A stretch of 55,178 nucleotides of DNA from a virus. A program made the translations under genes and the position numbers. A model generated the notes under the pieces. That model ran no database searches, was not told the origin of the DNA, and was given only the letters and a program-made list of their open reading frames with translations. The stretch lies in UHGV virus genome UHGV-0298867, one strand, 5' to 3'. Below are positions 35,237 through 43,919 of this stretch, in pieces; position 1 is the stretch's first letter; each line of letters begins with the position of its first letter.

Positions 35237-35901
35237 TGTTAAAAATGTCCACACCAATGAGTTTGGCTGATATTGATAATGATTTTTTCCTTCAGCGTAT
35301 CAATGCTGCTATTACTCGTGTTAAATTTGCACTTCAATCATATGATAATTTCAAACAATTTGTTAGGATTGAACTTGATCGTGCTGTAAAAGAAATAGAA
35401 GAGAATTCAAATAAGTTGAACTTTGATTTAACGGAAGATCAGCTTACTTTAATTCTGTTGGCTAATATCAAAAATAGGGATATGGGCGTTGAGGCCTATC
35501 ATGAAAATAATCAACGTGGACATTGTGATATTACAATAAAGTTAAATAACTTTATTTGGCATGGTGAGGCTAAAAAACATACGTCTTCATATAGTTATTT
35601 GTTTAAAGGATATGCTCAACTCACAGAACGATATAGTACGGGTACCGTAGACAGCGCAAGTGGTGGATTGATCATCTATACTCGTAATCGGAAGTGCAAT
35701 GAAATGATGACCAAGTGGAAATCTCATTTAGATAAGTCCGCACCAAGAATACATGCCTGTAAGGCTATAACAATTACTCCTTGTCAAAAAAATCCTTTGG
35801 TTTTTTATAGTCAGCATGTTCACACAGTTTCTCAACTAGATTATGAAGTTATTCATTATCCTGTAAATCTATATCATGAGCCTGTAGATCCGGACCTGTG
35901 A
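35236..35901 (+). CDS. Island gene C: 221-aa protein with a candidate PD-(D/E)xK nuclease motif (GHCDITIKLNNFIWHGEAKKH)
   Basis: The D...(13 residues)...E-A-K spacing fits the restriction-endonuclease-like core. Translationally coupled to gene B. Confidence 0.5.
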   Translation: MLKMSTPMSLADIDNDFFLQRINAAITRVKFALQSYDNFKQFVRIELDRAVKEIEENSNKLNFDLTEDQLTLILLANIKNRDMGVEAYHENNQRGHCDITIKLNNFIWHGEAKKHTSSYSYLFKGYAQLTERYSTGTVDSASGGLIIYTRNRKCNEMMTKWKSHLDKSAPRIHACKAITITPCQKNPLVFYSQHVHTVSQLDYEVIHYPVNLYHEPVDPDL

Positions 35902-36331
35902 ATTTTAATATACATGCGCCTGTGTTTATACTAAAAATTAAAGCCTCTTAAAACGGGCTCTTAAGTATCTTCCATTCCTAAATTATAATCTTCAAAACGC
36001 ATGTCATCTTCGCCAAGCCAGTCGTTCAATTCATGAAGGCGCTACCGCATAGGTATCAATTCGTCGCAGACAAAGACGCGGTTGGCCTTTTCCACACCCC
36101 CAACTCCTCCGACATGGCTGGGCATTATTATCATCATCTGCGGCTGTACGCGATGCGCTGTCATTCACTGAGGCACTTATAAGTGCTAATTTGCCACAGA
36201 TGTGTCAGACGCCAGCAGCGACTTAAACTATAATCCCCTCTATACCAGAGGGGATATAGAAGTAGGTCCACCCCATCCGGTGTCGCATGAAAAAGCGTCT
36301 TAGTAGCCTAGGGATACAAGGAAAACAAAAG

Positions 36332-36664
36332 ATGGTATCGTTTCTAAAAAAAACATCACTTCTGGTTTGCGCTGTTCTTATATCAAATGTGGCATTTGCT
36401 GTTGATAATAAAGAAGAAATAGCGCCTGTGCGTATAGGTTGTCCTACGCCAGCGATGCCAGTCAAGGCTCAGGCATTGAGAACTGAAGGGAGAGTCGATT
36501 ATGCGGCATGGGTTAATGATAAAGGAGAAGTGTACTCAGTAGACAAAACGGGCGATGAGGTTTTCTTCAGGGAAACTGAGGTTGCTATTAAAAAGTGTAA
36601 GTTTGTGCCAGGCCATCCAGGGGTATATCGGGATACAATAAAATTCAGTCTGGTAAAACCTTGA
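36332..36664 (+). CDS. Secreted/periplasmic protein with an N-terminal signal peptide (MVSFLKKTSLLVCAVLISNVAFA)
   Basis: A hydrophobic leader ending AFA. A possible TonB-C-like fold is a weak guess. Confidence 0.45.
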   Translation: MVSFLKKTSLLVCAVLISNVAFAVDNKEEIAPVRIGCPTPAMPVKAQALRTEGRVDYAAWVNDKGEVYSVDKTGDEVFFRETEVAIKKCKFVPGHPGVYRDTIKFSLVKP

Positions 36665-36884
36665 AAAGTGCGTTTAACGTCTAATCTCCACCATGGGGGT
36701 AACTCCGCTTCATGCTAAAGTGCTGGTGAGGTCCAATCTGCCGGAAATTTGCCTGAAAAAAGTATTGCAGCATGATAAAACCCGCTTCGGCGGGTTTTTT
36801 AATATGGAAAAACATCAATCTAAACATAAGCATGGTGTTAGCAAAAAGTGCTGCAGAGGGGTTGAACATTTCATGCAATCGGTA

Positions 36885-36904
36885 TACTGTTTATTTATAC
36901 AGTA
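36885..36904. promoter_or_regulatory. LexA (SOS) box TACTGTTTATTTATACAGTA upstream of dinI, overlapping a sigma70-like -10
   Basis: A perfect CTGT-N8-ACAG palindrome 20 nt upstream of the dinI RBS. A -35 TTGAAC lies at 36862-36867. Confidence 0.8.
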
Positions 36905-36923
36905 TCCATGTGAGGTGCTAACC

Positions 36924-37157
36924 ATGAAAGTTGAAGTCACAATTGATAAACATAAAAAACTCCCTGATGGCGCCATACCTGCGCTTGAGCAAGAATTGCT
37001 GCGCCGCTTGTCCCAGTCTTATGATGACTGCAAATTAACCATTCGACGCACAAGCAACGATGGCCTTAGCGTTTTGGGCGGCGCTGATGGCGATAAAAAA
37101 CGCGTTGAGCAAATTCTGCAAGAGACGTGGGAAAGCGCGGACGACTGGTTTTACTGA
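36924..37157 (+). CDS. dinI: DinI-family DNA-damage-inducible protein
   Basis: MKVEVTIDKHKKLPDGAIPALEQELLRRL...KKRVEQILQETWESADDWFY matches E. coli DinI (MRIEVTIAKTSPLPAGAIDALAGELSRRI...KQRISEILQETWESADDWF). Confidence 0.9.
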   Translation: MKVEVTIDKHKKLPDGAIPALEQELLRRLSQSYDDCKLTIRRTSNDGLSVLGGADGDKKRVEQILQETWESADDWFY

Positions 37158-37234
37158 TTCACCTTTTGGTGGCTGGCATTTCCCAAAGCATCGCAATAAG
37201 CGTGTCCCTTTGATGCTGTCGCCAGACTATATTT

Positions 37235-37456
37235 TTGCGTCTGTATGTCGCTCAGGGGGATGAAGTGGATCTCGATATCGCCGAAGTGGTGGACATTATC
37301 AGGCAGGGCGGGAAGTTTTTAATTTCGAGCGATGGGGGGAAAATAACTGGGCTCGAAAAGGTAAGAAAAAATCAGTTTTTGCTGACGATTGAAGAGTTTA
37401 AAGAGCTAGCTAAAGAAGCTGGCTGCATTGACGAAACCGAGAGTAAGCTGCAATAA
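37235..37456 (+). CDS. Hypothetical small protein (TTG start; uncertain)
   Basis: ORF only. Confidence 0.25.
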   Translation: MRLYVAQGDEVDLDIAEVVDIIRQGGKFLISSDGGKITGLEKVRKNQFLLTIEEFKELAKEAGCIDETESKLQ

Positions 37457-37513
37457 TTTACCTGCCGCCTGAACAACGGCAACGGAGCATCTCAGCGCCA
37501 CGGAGTGAAACCC

Positions 37514-38113
37514 ATGGCGCAACAATTACACCTGATAAAACAGACCCAAGGAATACTGATCCCTGCCACGCAGGAGACCAGCGATTTCTTGCAATCAAAA
37601 TGCAAGCTCGGCGCCGTTCTGGAGGCCGATTTTAAGCTTGTCCGCAATCCGGCGTTTCACCGCCGTTACTTTGCTTTACTCAATCTCGGCTTTGAATATT
37701 GGGAACCTACCGGCGGGGCGATTTCGTCTAACGAGCGCAGGCTTATCACAGGTTACGCCAAATACCTTGCTGCATATGGCGGGAGTGAATCGGCGTTACT
37801 TGATGCCGCCGGGCAATATCTCGACCGAATAGCCGAGAAGCGATCCGGCTATATCAGTATTTGCAAATCCTTCGATGCTTACCGGGCGTGGGTCATCGTT
37901 GAAGCCGGCCACTATGACGCCATACAGCTGCCGGACGGCACGCTGAAAAAACACCCTCGCAGCATTTCTTTCGCAAGCATGGACGAATGCGAGTTCCAGG
38001 AACTGTACAAAGCATCGCTGGATGTTCTCTGGCGGTGGATCCTCTCTCGTTCATTCAACAGCCTGCAGGAAGCTGAGAACGCCGCCAACCAGCTTTTAAG
38101 CTTCGCTGGGTGA
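37514..38113 (+). CDS. nin-region protein, DUF1367-like (hypothetical)
   Basis: Its position upstream of DUF1364 and rusA matches lambdoid nin regions. ATG at 37514 with RBS GGAG. Confidence 0.45.
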   Translation: MAQQLHLIKQTQGILIPATQETSDFLQSKCKLGAVLEADFKLVRNPAFHRRYFALLNLGFEYWEPTGGAISSNERRLITGYAKYLAAYGGSESALLDAAGQYLDRIAEKRSGYISICKSFDAYRAWVIVEAGHYDAIQLPDGTLKKHPRSISFASMDECEFQELYKASLDVLWRWILSRSFNSLQEAENAANQLLSFAG

Positions 38114-38319
38114 TGCCGATGAAACACTCATGGTTTCAGCATCCCGAATGCACTGCGGAGCAGGCCGACGAATTGGTAGCGAGATATCGTCAGCGGGGCG
38201 TAAAGGTCGAACGAAGCTTAAACCCTGACTTTATGACATGGACCGTCAGCGCGCAGCTGGTGGAGGACAAAAATCCGCCTCGGCCAGACTCTCGCTGGCG
38301 CAACAGGATGTGGGGGTGA
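38110..38319 (+). CDS. Hypothetical small protein (69 aa)
   Basis: ORF with overlapped starts and stops in the nin-like operon. Confidence 0.35.
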   Translation: MMPMKHSWFQHPECTAEQADELVARYRQRGVKVERSLNPDFMTWTVSAQLVEDKNPPRPDSRWRNRMWG

Positions 38320-38321
38320 GT

Positions 38322-38618
38322 ATGGCGAACCTTCGCAAAGCGGCCCGAGGTCGCGAATGTACAGTGCGGATCCCTGGTTACTGCAACGGCAACCCGGAAA
38401 CCAGCGTGTTGGCGCATTACCGCCTGGCGGGTACGTGCGGCACAGGATGCAAGCCTGACGATACTCAGGCGGCGATCGCCTGCAACGGGTGCCATGACGT
38501 AATCGACGGCAGAACTAAAACCACCGATTTCACCTACGACGAATTGCGCCTGATGCACGCGGAGGGGGTAATGCGCACCCTGGAAATCTGGCGGAAAGAG
38601 GGACTCATTAAATCATGA
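38322..38618 (+). CDS. DUF1364 (YbcO-like) putative metal-dependent nuclease
   Basis: MANLRKAARGRECTVRIPGYCNGNPETSVLAHYRLAG...CNGCHDVIDGR matches the YbcO family. Confidence 0.75.
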   Translation: MANLRKAARGRECTVRIPGYCNGNPETSVLAHYRLAGTCGTGCKPDDTQAAIACNGCHDVIDGRTKTTDFTYDELRLMHAEGVMRTLEIWRKEGLIKS

Positions 38619-38983
38619 AAATCTACGATATCACGCCCATCGGCAAACCCAGGATGACCAGAGCTGATAAGTGGAAGCAGCGTCCGGCGGTAATGCGCTA
38701 CCGGGCATTCTGCGATGAGGTCCGTCTGAAGAACGTTGCTATGACGGAGCAGGGCGGACACATAACCTTCGTGGTTCCCATGCCAAAGAGCTGGAGCCAG
38801 AAGAAGCGAGTAACGATGAACGGACAGGCACACCAGCAGAAACCAGACGCCGATAACATGATCAAAGCGCTGATGGATGCTCTGTTTACTGATGACGCAC
38901 ATATCTGGGACTTTCGTGTAACAAAAGTCTGGGGTGAATCCGGACAAATTTTAATTTCTGATATCGGAGAAGTGGCCGCATGA
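38615..38983 (+). CDS. rusA: RusA Holliday-junction resolvase
   Basis: Size, position, and the C-terminal RVTKVWGESGQILISDIGE with the Asp-rich catalytic region DADNMIKALMDAL. Confidence 0.75.
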   Translation: MKIYDITPIGKPRMTRADKWKQRPAVMRYRAFCDEVRLKNVAMTEQGGHITFVVPMPKSWSQKKRVTMNGQAHQQKPDADNMIKALMDALFTDDAHIWDFRVTKVWGESGQILISDIGEVAA

Positions 38984-39762
38984 AACTGGAAGCATCGTTA
39001 AAGCATTTCAGCCCGCAGGGGATGCATATCAGCGACGACGTGAAAAGCACATCGCCGAATCGACTGACCGGAACAGATGTTATGGCGGCCATCGGTACCA
39101 CCAGCAGTCGTGCGCGCTTCGGCCTTGCCGCTTTCCTCGGAAAGGCTGGTATCAGCAAAACGGACGAACAGCTTGCAATTCAGGCGCTGGCGCAGTTTGC
39201 CATCAAAAACGCTCCTAAAAATGTCCGCAAAGCCGCTGGTGACAAGCTCGGCGCCTGCATGTTGACGCTGGCGCAATTTGCCTTTGCGGAATACTCACGT
39301 TCGGCGGCCACCAGAGCAACGTGTCAAAGCTGCAGCGGTACCGGCTTTATTTCCCGCCATGAAGATGTAATTAAGCACCCCGGTATTTTCGATGCTGACG
39401 GTGTCGAAGTGAAGGCCCCAAAGATTAGAAATGAACTGGTGAAAAGGGTCTGTGGAGTGTGCGGAGGAAAGAAAGTGATCCATGCGCGATGCAGGTGTAG
39501 TGGTAAAGGGGAGGTCTTAGATCGCAAAGCGACCAAAGAACTTGGCGCACCGGTTTTCAAAACATGTGAACGCTGCTCTGGTAATGGCTTCTCTGTTGTA
39601 CCCTCTGCGACGGTACACCGCGCCATTCTGAAGCGTCTCCCGGATCTCCATCAGTCTTCGTGGTCACGCAACTGGAAGCCGTTCTATGAAGGGCTGGTGG
39701 ATATGCTTCACAAAGGAGAGAGACAGGCAGCGGCTGAATTTGAGAAGGCGACCATTTATTGA
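38980..39762 (+). CDS. Late antiterminator Q-like protein with four DnaJ-type CxxCxGxG zinc-finger repeats
   Basis: It lies between rusA and the lysis genes. The repeats are CQSCSGTG, CGVCGGKK, CRCSGKG, CERCSGNG. Confidence 0.5.
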   Translation: MKLEASLKHFSPQGMHISDDVKSTSPNRLTGTDVMAAIGTTSSRARFGLAAFLGKAGISKTDEQLAIQALAQFAIKNAPKNVRKAAGDKLGACMLTLAQFAFAEYSRSAATRATCQSCSGTGFISRHEDVIKHPGIFDADGVEVKAPKIRNELVKRVCGVCGGKKVIHARCRCSGKGEVLDRKATKELGAPVFKTCERCSGNGFSVVPSATVHRAILKRLPDLHQSSWSRNWKPFYEGLVDMLHKGERQAAAEFEKATIY

Positions 39763-40078
39763 TGTGATCGAAACAGATGGCGGCAAATTTTTGCACGATA
39801 GAGTTGACTTTGCATAAAATTGTCCTGTATTCTTCTAATCATGGATACGTACATCCAAATGAAACTGATTCTGAACCCTGCCAACCGGCGGGGTTTTGCT
39901 TTTCTGGGGGAAGCGATGCAGCAGCCATATTTTTTTAACCCGGGCATGACCACTCAACAGCTTGAAGACTGGCTTGGGCAACAGAAAATCTATCTTGCCC
40001 ACTTCAACCGTCTGATAGCAGAAAAAGCCGCTCTTGAGGAGCGGCTGAGTCAGATCTCTGCGGAGATTGGGCGAGTCG

Positions 40079-40525
40079 CTACTGGTAGCTTTGAAGGAAT
40101 ACTGAGTTTTCCCTGGGATCCCAGTCCTCTTGTGGAAAATCCTCAACAGGAAAGTGGCCAGTCGGCAGATTGAGTGACGCCAGGACAGCGGCAGCATCTT
40201 CTGACATATAACTGGGCTTTAGTTGACTGGCAATGATAAAGAGACAGTCGTTTAGCGAGAGTCTTCTAATCTCTTCAGGTTTCCACTTGGTCATTTCGAA
40301 GATAAGGTGATGAAGAGCCTTATCGTTATCAAGATAATAATAATCCGATGAAAAATGTTTCCTGTACTCATCGAGAATACATTCAAGAGTGAATATTTGT
40401 CCTATTCGATACCAAACCTGCCTGGCTCTGTAACTGTGTGAGTCTGCCAGTAATGTTTGGGGGAAGTTGTTATTTTGGCAAACCCGTGACTTGATTACCT
40501 GTAAAAGGTCTGAGTACTTACTCAT
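40079..40525 (-). CDS. Hypothetical protein (148 aa) in an AT-rich moron between Q and the late promoter
   Basis: RBS GGTGA before the ATG at 40525. It overlaps the 3' end of a plus-strand ORF (39820-40173). Confidence 0.4.
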   Translation of the reverse strand: MSKYSDLLQVIKSRVCQNNNFPQTLLADSHSYRARQVWYRIGQIFTLECILDEYRKHFSSDYYYLDNDKALHHLIFEMTKWKPEEIRRLSLNDCLFIIASQLKPSYMSEDAAAVLASLNLPTGHFPVEDFPQEDWDPRENSVFLQSYQ

Positions 40526-40651
40526 ATTTTCACCAGTTGATGTTTTAATCATTTGCGAATCAATTTTATCAAAGAGAAAAACAAGCCGCTACACGCTGAT
40601 AACATCAGGCTGGGCGGTTATGGTGAGCCGATACCTCAGATAAGCAGAGTA

Positions 40652-40680
40652 TTGAAACCAGAAAGACTGAATGTTAAATT
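40652..40680 (+). promoter_or_regulatory. Candidate late promoter PR'-like (-35 TTGAAA, 17-nt spacer, -10 TAAATT)
   Basis: A consensus-like sigma70 promoter ~300 nt upstream of a strong terminator and ~470 nt upstream of the holin gene. Confidence 0.35.
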
Positions 40681-40956
40681 TCTGGTGTGGTGAATCCCCC
40701 TATGCGGAGGGACGTCCAGTCAGTTACAGAACCTGTAAATGCAGCGCGGGCCATGCCGACTGGGGCATGCTCACCGGGAGGCACCCGGCACCACGCAATG
40801 CTACTAAGCTATTTGGTAGTGGGGTTGCTGTTTCGGCTTCTCCAGCTATGTTTAAAAGGCAGTAACGGAAAAAGCGAGCGCTCTCCTGGTAAATCGGTAG
40901 CTCGGACTATTAGGTACGTCTCGATCCGGTACAGAATCAGTATTGCCTACATTTCT

Positions 40957-40984
40957 GCCCGTTCCTCTGAGCGGGCTTTTTTTC
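40957..40984 (+). terminator. Intrinsic terminator (GCCCG-TTCCTCTGA-GCGGGC then TTTTTTT), a tR'-like site upstream of the lysis genes
   Basis: A GC stem with a 7-T run. Confidence 0.65.
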
Positions 40985-41152
40985 GTCTGATTAAGGCACT
41001 TCAACTAACCAAAAACATTTAAGGGCTGCGCTAATACGTGGCCTTTTTCATTTCTGGCTCACGGATGACTCCTTTTAAGGCTTGTCGCTAAATCAGCCCG
41101 ATGGGCCTGCCCCTTTATTCACACAGCACCCCGTTAACCCGGAGGTGAAACT

Positions 41153-41464
41153 ATGGCAAAGCATATGCAAGACAAAGAGAGCATGGCCGGAATCACCTGG
41201 CTGGCTCTGCTGATCATTGCTGGTTGGGGCGGCCTTGTCCGATTCCTGATGGATGTGAAGCAGGGCAAAGCAAAATGGAGCTGGATAAATGCTTTTGCGC
41301 AAATTGTGGTTTCGGCTTTTACCGGGGTCATTGGTGGGCTCATCAGCATTGAAGGTGGGCTGAGTATTTACATGATACTGGCCACTGCCGGTATCAGTGG
41401 TGCTATGGGTTCCGTAGCGCTCACGTATTTCTGGGAACGAATCACCGGAGTGAAAGCACAATGA
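41153..41464 (+). CDS. Holin-like membrane protein (103 aa, 2-3 TMDs)
   Basis: It sits immediately upstream of the endolysin, with the stop overlapping the endolysin start. RBS GGAGGTGA. Confidence 0.6.
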   Translation: MAKHMQDKESMAGITWLALLIIAGWGGLVRFLMDVKQGKAKWSWINAFAQIVVSAFTGVIGGLISIEGGLSIYMILATAGISGAMGSVALTYFWERITGVKAQ

Positions 41465-42000
41465 CAGCAGACCAGATTATCGAGGGGATTCTCGGCAAGG
41501 AGGGTGGTTATGTCGATCATCCGTCGGATAAAGGCGGGCCGACCCGCTGGGGCATCACGCAGACCACCGCCCGTGCACATGGCTACACCGGTGATATGCG
41601 GAACCTGCCCAGGGAAACAGCTAAGCAAATCCTGCTGAGCGATTACTGGACCGGCCCCCGGTTTGACCAGGTGGCAGCTCTATCTACGTTACTGGCAGAT
41701 GAGCTTTGCGACACTGGCGTGAACATGGGGCCATCTGTAGCCAGTAAGTTTTTCCAGCGCTGGCTGACCGCAATGAATATGCGCGGAAAGCTGTATCCCG
41801 ATCTGATTCCGGATGGCGCCATTGGTCCCCGAACCATCACCGCGCTTAAGGGATACCTTTCCGCCCGCGGGAAAGAGGGTGAACAGGTTCTGTTGCGTGC
41901 GCTGAACTGCAGCCAGGGTGCCAGATACCTCGAACTGGCGGAGGGCCGCGAAGCCAACGAGGATTTTCTCTACGGCTGGGTTAAGGAGCGTGTCCTGTGA
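41461..42000 (+). CDS. Endolysin, GH108-family lysozyme with a peptidoglycan-binding domain
   Basis: EGGYVDHPSDKGGPTRWGIT is the GH108 N-terminal signature. Confidence 0.8.
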   Translation: MTADQIIEGILGKEGGYVDHPSDKGGPTRWGITQTTARAHGYTGDMRNLPRETAKQILLSDYWTGPRFDQVAALSTLLADELCDTGVNMGPSVASKFFQRWLTAMNMRGKLYPDLIPDGAIGPRTITALKGYLSARGKEGEQVLLRALNCSQGARYLELAEGREANEDFLYGWVKERVL

Positions 42001-42341
42001 AGATGATCATTTTCGCTTTGCTTGTGCTGGTGGCTGTGCTCGTTCTGTTACTTCTGCGCAAATATACCCGGCTGGAGTTCGTAGGGCATGCCAGCTTGCT
42101 GCTGAAAACGTGGTCTGTAAAGCTGGGAGCTATCGGCGCGCTGGTTGGTGTATGGGCGCAGTCGTTCCCGGATGCTGCGCTGCACGCCTGGGCGGTGCTG
42201 CCGCCGGATATCAAAAACATCCTGCCGCCAAACATCGTTGCGTTGATTAGCCCTGCGCTGGTGGTGCTGGCCGTACTATCGCAATACGTACGCCAGCCAG
42301 CATTGAAAGAAAAGGCCGACGAACTGAAGGAGCAGCAATGA
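41997..42341 (+). CDS. Lysis-cassette membrane protein of unknown role (N- and C-terminal hydrophobic segments)
   Basis: It lies between the endolysin and the spanins. Confidence 0.4.
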   Translation: MKMIIFALLVLVAVLVLLLLRKYTRLEFVGHASLLLKTWSVKLGAIGALVGVWAQSFPDAALHAWAVLPPDIKNILPPNIVALISPALVVLAVLSQYVRQPALKEKADELKEQQ

Positions 42342-42613
42342 GCTTTGAAATTATCGCGGGACTGGTGGTCGTCATCCTGGGTGCTATTGCTGGCGCGTTC
42401 GGCATTGGCCATGCTCGCGGGGCCAGTAAGGCGAAAGCCAAAGCTGATCAGCAACGTACCGAAGAGAACGCCGCTGCTACTGTCGCCGCGGCAGAACGCC
42501 GTGCTGAAGTCACGAAAGGGGCCAGCGATGTACAGGAAGACGTTAAGCGTATGGGCGATGACGATGTTGATCGGGAGTTGCGCGAAAAGTTTACCCGCCC
42601 CGGTAGTCGTTGA
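42338..42613 (+). CDS. i-spanin (Rz-like): N-terminal TMD plus a charged periplasmic helical domain
   Basis: MSFEIIAGLVVVILGAIAGAF, then a K/E/R-rich coiled-coil-like region. RBS GGAG. Confidence 0.6.
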   Translation: MSFEIIAGLVVVILGAIAGAFGIGHARGASKAKAKADQQRTEENAAATVAAAERRAEVTKGASDVQEDVKRMGDDDVDRELREKFTRPGSR

Positions 42614-42758
42614 CACGGCCTGCAGCTGGGTGCGGATCATCTACCTGACTGACCACGATATCGATGTGTTGGATAAGCAGACCAAGCGTGACATCCTGGC
42701 GCACAACAAAGCAGTGCAGGCCAATTGCTCGCAGCTCACAGAGAAGGGTTCCAGGTAA
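42528..42758 (+). CDS. o-spanin (Rz1-like) lipoprotein in the +1 frame, overlapping the i-spanin 3' end and extending beyond it
   Basis: MYRKTLSVWAMTMLIGSC has a lipobox LIGSC. The mature part is Pro-rich. Start at the ATG at 42528. Confidence 0.55.
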   Translation: MYRKTLSVWAMTMLIGSCAKSLPAPVVVDTACSWVRIIYLTDHDIDVLDKQTKRDILAHNKAVQANCSQLTEKGSR

Positions 42759-42888
42759 TTCAGCTACAAACGCAGAACACTTTAGGTATTGAAATTTACA
42801 TGGCCACATGAACAAAAAATCAGAATACGAGACAACAGAGCGCTGAAAAATGAAAAGTTGGTATCTAAGTCAGGTGCATTAAGGCACT

Positions 42889-43137
42889 ATGGATTTTCAA
42901 TTCCTTCTATCTAAGAAGCTGCCCATGACAAGAAATTCACTCCCTCAACTTCCGCATGGTTATCGATACGGTGACGAGCACTCTATTCACCCTCATTGTG
43001 ATGGGGATTATTTAGCTCCGCAGGGATGTGTTATCAAGTCCGTTAACCTTGTAGATGGGGCGGTTATTTATGTGCCCATCCAACGCTACATCAAGCATCT
43101 AGATCTTTGGGTTAATGCCGAAGGAACTGTCGAATAA
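42889..43137 (+). CDS. Hypothetical protein (82 aa)
   Basis: ORF only; its composition is atypical. Confidence 0.25.
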   Translation: MDFQFLLSKKLPMTRNSLPQLPHGYRYGDEHSIHPHCDGDYLAPQGCVIKSVNLVDGAVIYVPIQRYIKHLDLWVNAEGTVE

Positions 43138-43289
43138 ATTGTTAGTTACCGGCCTCGTTCGGGAGAGCTGAGAATTGCCATCAAAAGACCAGCAGAGATG
43201 CCTGGTGCTCTGGTTGAATGTTCCGGCAAGTTGAAAATGATTGGTTCAATGAGCTCTTTCGATATTTAAATGCTATCGATAACTTAAAT

Positions 43290-43441
43290 GAAGCTATCAT
43301 CACGTTATCACTGCCAGCCAACACCAAAACGGCAGTGGTCAGTTAAAAAGCAGAAAAGCCTCTCCCGGGTGGCTCCTGAGAGATTTTAGTTTTCTAACTG
43401 GTACCAACCAAAGGTCGCATTTTTTATGCGACCTTTTTTAT
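43290..43441 (+). repeat. Copy 1 of a ~150-bp direct repeat ending in an intrinsic terminator (AGGTCGCAT-TTTTT-ATGCGACCT then TTTTTT at 43412-43441)
   Basis: It aligns with 43920-44074 (ACGT..CTGCC.GCCAACA.CA.AACG.CAG.GGT.AGTTA...CCTCTC...TGGCTCCTGAGAGATT...ACCAAAGG.CGCA). Confidence 0.6.
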
Positions 43442-43571
43442 TGTGCGTAACAGGCATCCGTAAGGAAACCGTTCAGCTTGTACACACGGCAAAGATAAAT
43501 GCAAAAGCATCACAGAGGCTATTTTGTCGAATGGCTTCGATAATACTCCCCACATCGCACAGAGGTAAGAC

Positions 43572-43817
43572 ATGTCAGAGATCACTGCATCCGAGCAAAT
43601 CCGCCTGGATATCATCAAGAAAGTTAATTATGACACCGCAGCGGCCAAGCTGGCCATTGACTGGGTAGGCGACAGCTATCTGAAGTCTGAGCTATTCGCT
43701 GACTCTTTCGATCGTGTTTTCACGGAAAGTGAGATTGTCTCGAAGACCCGTAAGGCAATCCAGGAAGCGACCGAAGCGCTGGCGCTGTTTGATACTGCCG
43801 CTGAGAAGGTCAGCTAA
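43572..43817 (+). CDS. Hypothetical acidic small protein (81 aa), bracketed by the two repeat/terminator elements
   Basis: ORF with RBS AGAGGTAAGA. Confidence 0.45.
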   Translation: MSEITASEQIRLDIIKKVNYDTAAAKLAIDWVGDSYLKSELFADSFDRVFTESEIVSKTRKAIQEATEALALFDTAAEKVS

Positions 43818-43919
43818 GGCATTACAGCAGGTATTCATTGAGTGCCTGTGATAATGCCCGTCAGACAATGGACTGATATCATTGTCTGTTTCTCCCGGTG
43901 TATTTTGAAATACTCAATA

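Noticed and set aside
39820-40173. 117-aa plus-strand ORF after the Q-like gene
   Set aside because: It overlaps by ~95 nt the 3' end of the more gene-like minus-strand AT-rich ORF and has a weak start context. It is kept as uncertain rather than called.
40687-41022. 111-aa plus-strand ORF upstream of the holin
   Set aside because: It reads straight through a strong intrinsic terminator (40957-40984) and has a low-complexity translation. It is more likely untranslated late-leader RNA.
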